61,000 bases of DNA from Bacteroidales bacterium (GTDB lineage: Bacteria; Bacteroidota; Bacteroidia; Bacteroidales; PUMT01): assembly GCA_007132225.1 (NCBI GenBank), contig SLPB01000061.1, forward strand, positions 1-61,000, in the 5' to 3' direction. The notes under the pieces were generated by a model, which was not told where the DNA came from, did no database searches, and worked only from the letters and a program-made list of their open reading frames with translations. Positions 57,866 through 61,000 of this stretch are shown piece after piece. The position numbers and the translations under genes are program-made. Each line of letters begins with the position of its first letter. Positions within the stretch are counted from its first letter, which is position 1.

Positions 57866-58999
57866 TCAGAAGCGGGGACAGGGAACCTGTCCGATACCTT
57901 TAAGATCAGTCAGAAGCTTGCCAAACCTGTAATGAACTGCAATTTCATGGGCGCCGCCTGTACTCTGTATCATATTGGATATTGTAAGATCATAACTGTA
58001 GCTAAGCATGAACTGATCAAACAATACACCTGCCGATACGATCACCGCATCACGGTTCCATTCCGATCCGCCCTGAGGCATCCCGCGATACCATAACCCT
58101 ATCCGCAGGGGTGTCCTGAAATAATATGCTCCCAGATCAAGCTGGTTAACAGATGACTGCCTCCTGAACTGATAAGCCAGAGAAATGGTTTGGGCTTCCA
58201 TATTCCGGTATTGCCTTTTTATATTAAAGGTTGCTCCGCCAAATGCTGTTAATTTCAATGGCATATGACCGGGATCTTCTGCAAGTGTTGAGTTTAGCTG
58301 CATAAGGTGGCCGACAGTAACCCCTGTCCAGAACTTGCTGGTAAAGACCAGCAGTGAAGAGCTGAAATTCAGTTGTCCCCTGTTGAGTTCGGGTGGCGTC
58401 TGGATGCTTGAAGGAAGAATGGTTTCGCCATAGAACTGGTCGGCAAAAGTAAGTTTATCAAAATTTATTCTTCTCTGGAAATAGTATGTTTCCAGGCCCG
58501 GTTGAAAGAAAAGGTCCCTTCCTGCCTTTATCCTGTATGAATAGTTTATTCCCGCCTTAGTTGAGGTTAGCTTGCTGCTGCCGGCATTATCATGTATAAA
58601 ACTTACACCTATTCCGCTGTTATATTCTTCCACATACTGGTCAAAAGAAACGGCATATGTAATAAAGCGCCCCGATAACCTGGGCCACTGATCGCGGTAA
58701 TTCATTACAAGTCTTCCTTCGTTTGCCGATCCTGCCATGGATGGCCCGAGTTGCATTGGAGCGGAGTAGAATTGCGAAAACTGGGAATCCTGGGTGTAGG
58801 ATGAGGATATCGGCAAAAGTAATGCTATAATTGTCAGCCATGTTAAGTGTAAAGTTCTTTTACGGTTATAACCATTTTTATGAAGCAATCTATCCCTGCA
58901 ATCAGCCGCTCTACCTGTGCTGATCTGTACCCGGGAAGAGGGGTGCTTCTGTTTCACCCCTGCACTATTATATTTTACTTTGTTCATGTCTTTTTTCAA
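57866..58999 (-). CDS. porP: PorP/SprF family T9SS outer-membrane protein
   Basis: Motifs QDSQFSQFY, NYRDQW, GLWYRG, YSYDLTIS, GAHEI and CPRF. Directly downstream of a type-B CTD gene. Start codon uncertain. Confidence 0.88.
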   Translation of the reverse strand: MKKDMNKVKYNSAGVKQKHPSSRVQISTGRAADCRDRLLHKNGYNRKRTLHLTWLTIIALLLPISSSYTQDSQFSQFYSAPMQLGPSMAGSANEGRLVMNYRDQWPRLSGRFITYAVSFDQYVEEYNSGIGVSFIHDNAGSSKLTSTKAGINYSYRIKAGRDLFFQPGLETYYFQRRINFDKLTFADQFYGETILPSSIQTPPELNRGQLNFSSSLLVFTSKFWTGVTVGHLMQLNSTLAEDPGHMPLKLTAFGGATFNIKRQYRNMEAQTISLAYQFRRQSSVNQLDLGAYYFRTPLRIGLWYRGMPQGGSEWNRDAVIVSAGVLFDQFMLSYSYDLTISNMIQSTGGAHEIAVHYRFGKLLTDLKGIGQVPCPRF

Positions 59000-59017
59000 T
59001 TTTCATCCATGTTGCTC

Positions 59018-61000
59018 CTAATCTCTTCTCATCAAAAGAAAATCCCCTGTTTCTGTAAATTTCCGTCCACTGTTCAATACTCCTGTTACCCGGAAAATAT
59101 AGACATCTTCAGCAGCTGTTTGACCCTTGTAATAGCCGTCCCAGCCTATCTCAATATCATTGCTTTCAAAAAGCTTAGTTCCCCAGCGGTTGAATATTTC
59201 AAGCCTGTAGTTATCAAGATTGCCATTTATGAGGATGGGATAGAATACATGGTTGCTGAAATCATTACGATCGTACCTTCCTCCGCCTGACCCGGCTTCA
59301 TTGGGTGTAAATGCAGAAGGGAATTTCACCCGGGTAGTTGTTTTTACACTGACAGCTTCATGATAAACTGTTGAGTCTGTGCAGCCTTCGGCCGACCATA
59401 CGTTCAGGTTGACCAAAAAAGAACCGGAGTCGCTATATATGTGTACCGGGTTAACCTCTGTCGAGGTTTTGCCATCACCAAAATCCCAAAGGTAGTTTGC
59501 ACCGTTTGTAGAATAGTTGTAGGTTCTCAGTTCACTTCCAGGAATATACAGTTCTGTTGGTGCCAGCTCAAAACTTGCCTGGGGGGGCTGGTGAACCGTG
59601 ATTACTCTTTCGCTCATTACCTCTTTACCATCTGGACCCATAACATATAGCCGCGAGATATAACTACCCGGTTCTTCATAGGTGTGCACCGGGTTTTCTT
59701 CAAGTGAGGTAATTCCATTATCTCCCAGTTCCCAGCGGAAAGGATAATTTTCGGTAGTAGTCTTTGTAAACCTGACATCCAGAGGCGGGCACCCTTCACT
59801 CAGGTTAACCGCATAGCTGGCAGTGGGTTGCCGGTAATATGTCACCACGACATCGTCCGATGAGATGCATCCACTTATATCAACCGACCATATAAAAGTG
59901 TTAGCCCCTTCATGCAATTCCTCTACAATGGTTTCAGCAGATGAGGGTGAGATAATGTTTCCCCCTCCTGCATCTACCGACCAGCGGCCCGTTCCCCTTG
60001 CCGGATTGTTTGCCGAGAGGTTTGTTGTGCCGGTGTATATTATCTGGTCGGGCCCGGCATAAACATCTGTAAGATTATTCCTGACTTCCACCTGATCTGA
60101 CAATGAACAATTATTATTTGTGATGGTCCACCGGATTACATTATTTCCCTGTCCGAGGCCTCTTATTGTTGTGTTATAACCTGACTCATTATCAAAAGAT
60201 CCCGATCCGCTGATCAGTGACCATTCTCCGGTACCCACTGCTGGCATATTGCCGTTCAGTGGTGATGAATTCCCGCAAACGATAATATCTGCACCTGCAT
60301 TCGGTATTGTTGGCATATCGTTTTGAATTATGACATCACTTGATGAAGAACAATTTTCTGTGGTAATTGTCCACCGTAAAATATTCCTGCCTCTTGACAG
60401 ACCGGTGACCGGTGAATTGTAGATGCCGGAATCTCCGAAAGTTCCCGATCCGCTGATTACGCTCCACATGCCTGTGCCCTGAAGGGGGATATTGCCCTCC
60501 AGGATAGTATGGTCATCACAAATAGTCCTGTCTGCACCTGCTGAGGCGGTTGTGGGTTTATTGTTAACCAGTTTTACATCGCTGTGTTCACTGCACTGTC
60601 CGTTGGTCACTGTCCATCTGAGAATATTGTCCCCCGGAGCGAGACTGGTGACCGGGGTTATGTTACTATACGCATCTTCCATAACACCGGCACCCTGGAT
60701 TATGTTCCATACACCTGACCCCACATCCGGTTCATTGGCTGTGAGAAGAGTCTGATCGTCGCATAAAACCTGATCGGCTCCGGCAAAAGTATTTCTGGGC
60801 TGGTCATTTCTTATTACCACTTCATCGGCTGACAAGCAGCCCTCATTTTCAACTGTCCACCTGTAAGTGTTTGTTCCGGGCGCTATTGAACCAACAATGG
60901 TATTATGCAGCTCTTCTGCAACAAACTGCCCTGAACCGTTTACAACTGACCATCTGCCATTGCCGATAAGGGGATCCCGGGCCTGCAGTTGTAAGTTATC
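59018..61000 (-). CDS. T9SS type-B CTD (gliding-motility C-terminal domain) surface protein with ~81-aa Ig-like repeats and 2 PKD domains (5' truncated)
   Basis: Frame is open to the window edge. Repeats AGxD..C...W...WT...C. PKD motifs WELGD and WDFGDG. CTD motifs PSAFTPN, IFNRWG, WDGYYKG and GDFLLMR. Confidence 0.9.
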   Translation of the reverse strand, partial: DNLQLQARDPLIGNGRWSVVNGSGQFVAEELHNTIVGSIAPGTNTYRWTVENEGCLSADEVVIRNDQPRNTFAGADQVLCDDQTLLTANEPDVGSGVWNIIQGAGVMEDAYSNITPVTSLAPGDNILRWTVTNGQCSEHSDVKLVNNKPTTASAGADRTICDDHTILEGNIPLQGTGMWSVISGSGTFGDSGIYNSPVTGLSRGRNILRWTITTENCSSSSDVIIQNDMPTIPNAGADIIVCGNSSPLNGNMPAVGTGEWSLISGSGSFDNESGYNTTIRGLGQGNNVIRWTITNNNCSLSDQVEVRNNLTDVYAGPDQIIYTGTTNLSANNPARGTGRWSVDAGGGNIISPSSAETIVEELHEGANTFIWSVDISGCISSDDVVVTYYRQPTASYAVNLSEGCPPLDVRFTKTTTENYPFRWELGDNGITSLEENPVHTYEEPGSYISRLYVMGPDGKEVMSERVITVHQPPQASFELAPTELYIPGSELRTYNYSTNGANYLWDFGDGKTSTEVNPVHIYSDSGSFLVNLNVWSAEGCTDSTVYHEAVSVKTTTRVKFPSAFTPNEAGSGGGRYDRNDFSNHVFYPILINGNLDNYRLEIFNRWGTKLFESNDIEIGWDGYYKGQTAAEDVYIFRVTGVLNSGRKFTETGDFLLMRRD

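Overview
A 61 kb stretch of core chromosome from a Bacteroidota bacterium, probably an anaerobic Bacteroidales/Marinilabiliales relative. This is inferred from the T9SS genes porW/porX/porP and gldH, TAnnTTTG -7 promoter elements, AT-rich starts without Shine-Dalgarno sites, class II RNR and a membrane PPase. It holds about 39 CDS: housekeeping genes (comM partial, hppA, lpxH, ribF, pgk, holB, trmB, tsaE, waaA, nrdJ, kbl, tdh, gltX), carbohydrate genes (GT3-GT35 glycogen synthase/phosphorylase fusion, Asp-box sialidase-like protein, GH78, araB, Gfo + DUF1080), T9SS components and a truncated type-B-CTD repeat adhesin. I found no rRNA, tRNA, CRISPR array, integrase or transposase. The most notable unexplained signals are: (1) a dispersed 59-87 bp hairpin-forming intergenic repeat family, with two clear and two weaker copies, that also opens similar micro-ORFs; (2) a ~1150-aa outer-membrane protein with SprA-like motifs near the porW-porX operon; (3) a class III cyclase-HD hydrolase fusion with an Asp->Asn change at a metal ligand; (4) the glycogen synthase-phosphorylase fusion, preceded by a structured leader; (5) a cysteine pattern suggesting inter-domain disulfide staples in the adhesin. 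All family calls come from motif recognition by eye; no database search or folding program was run.
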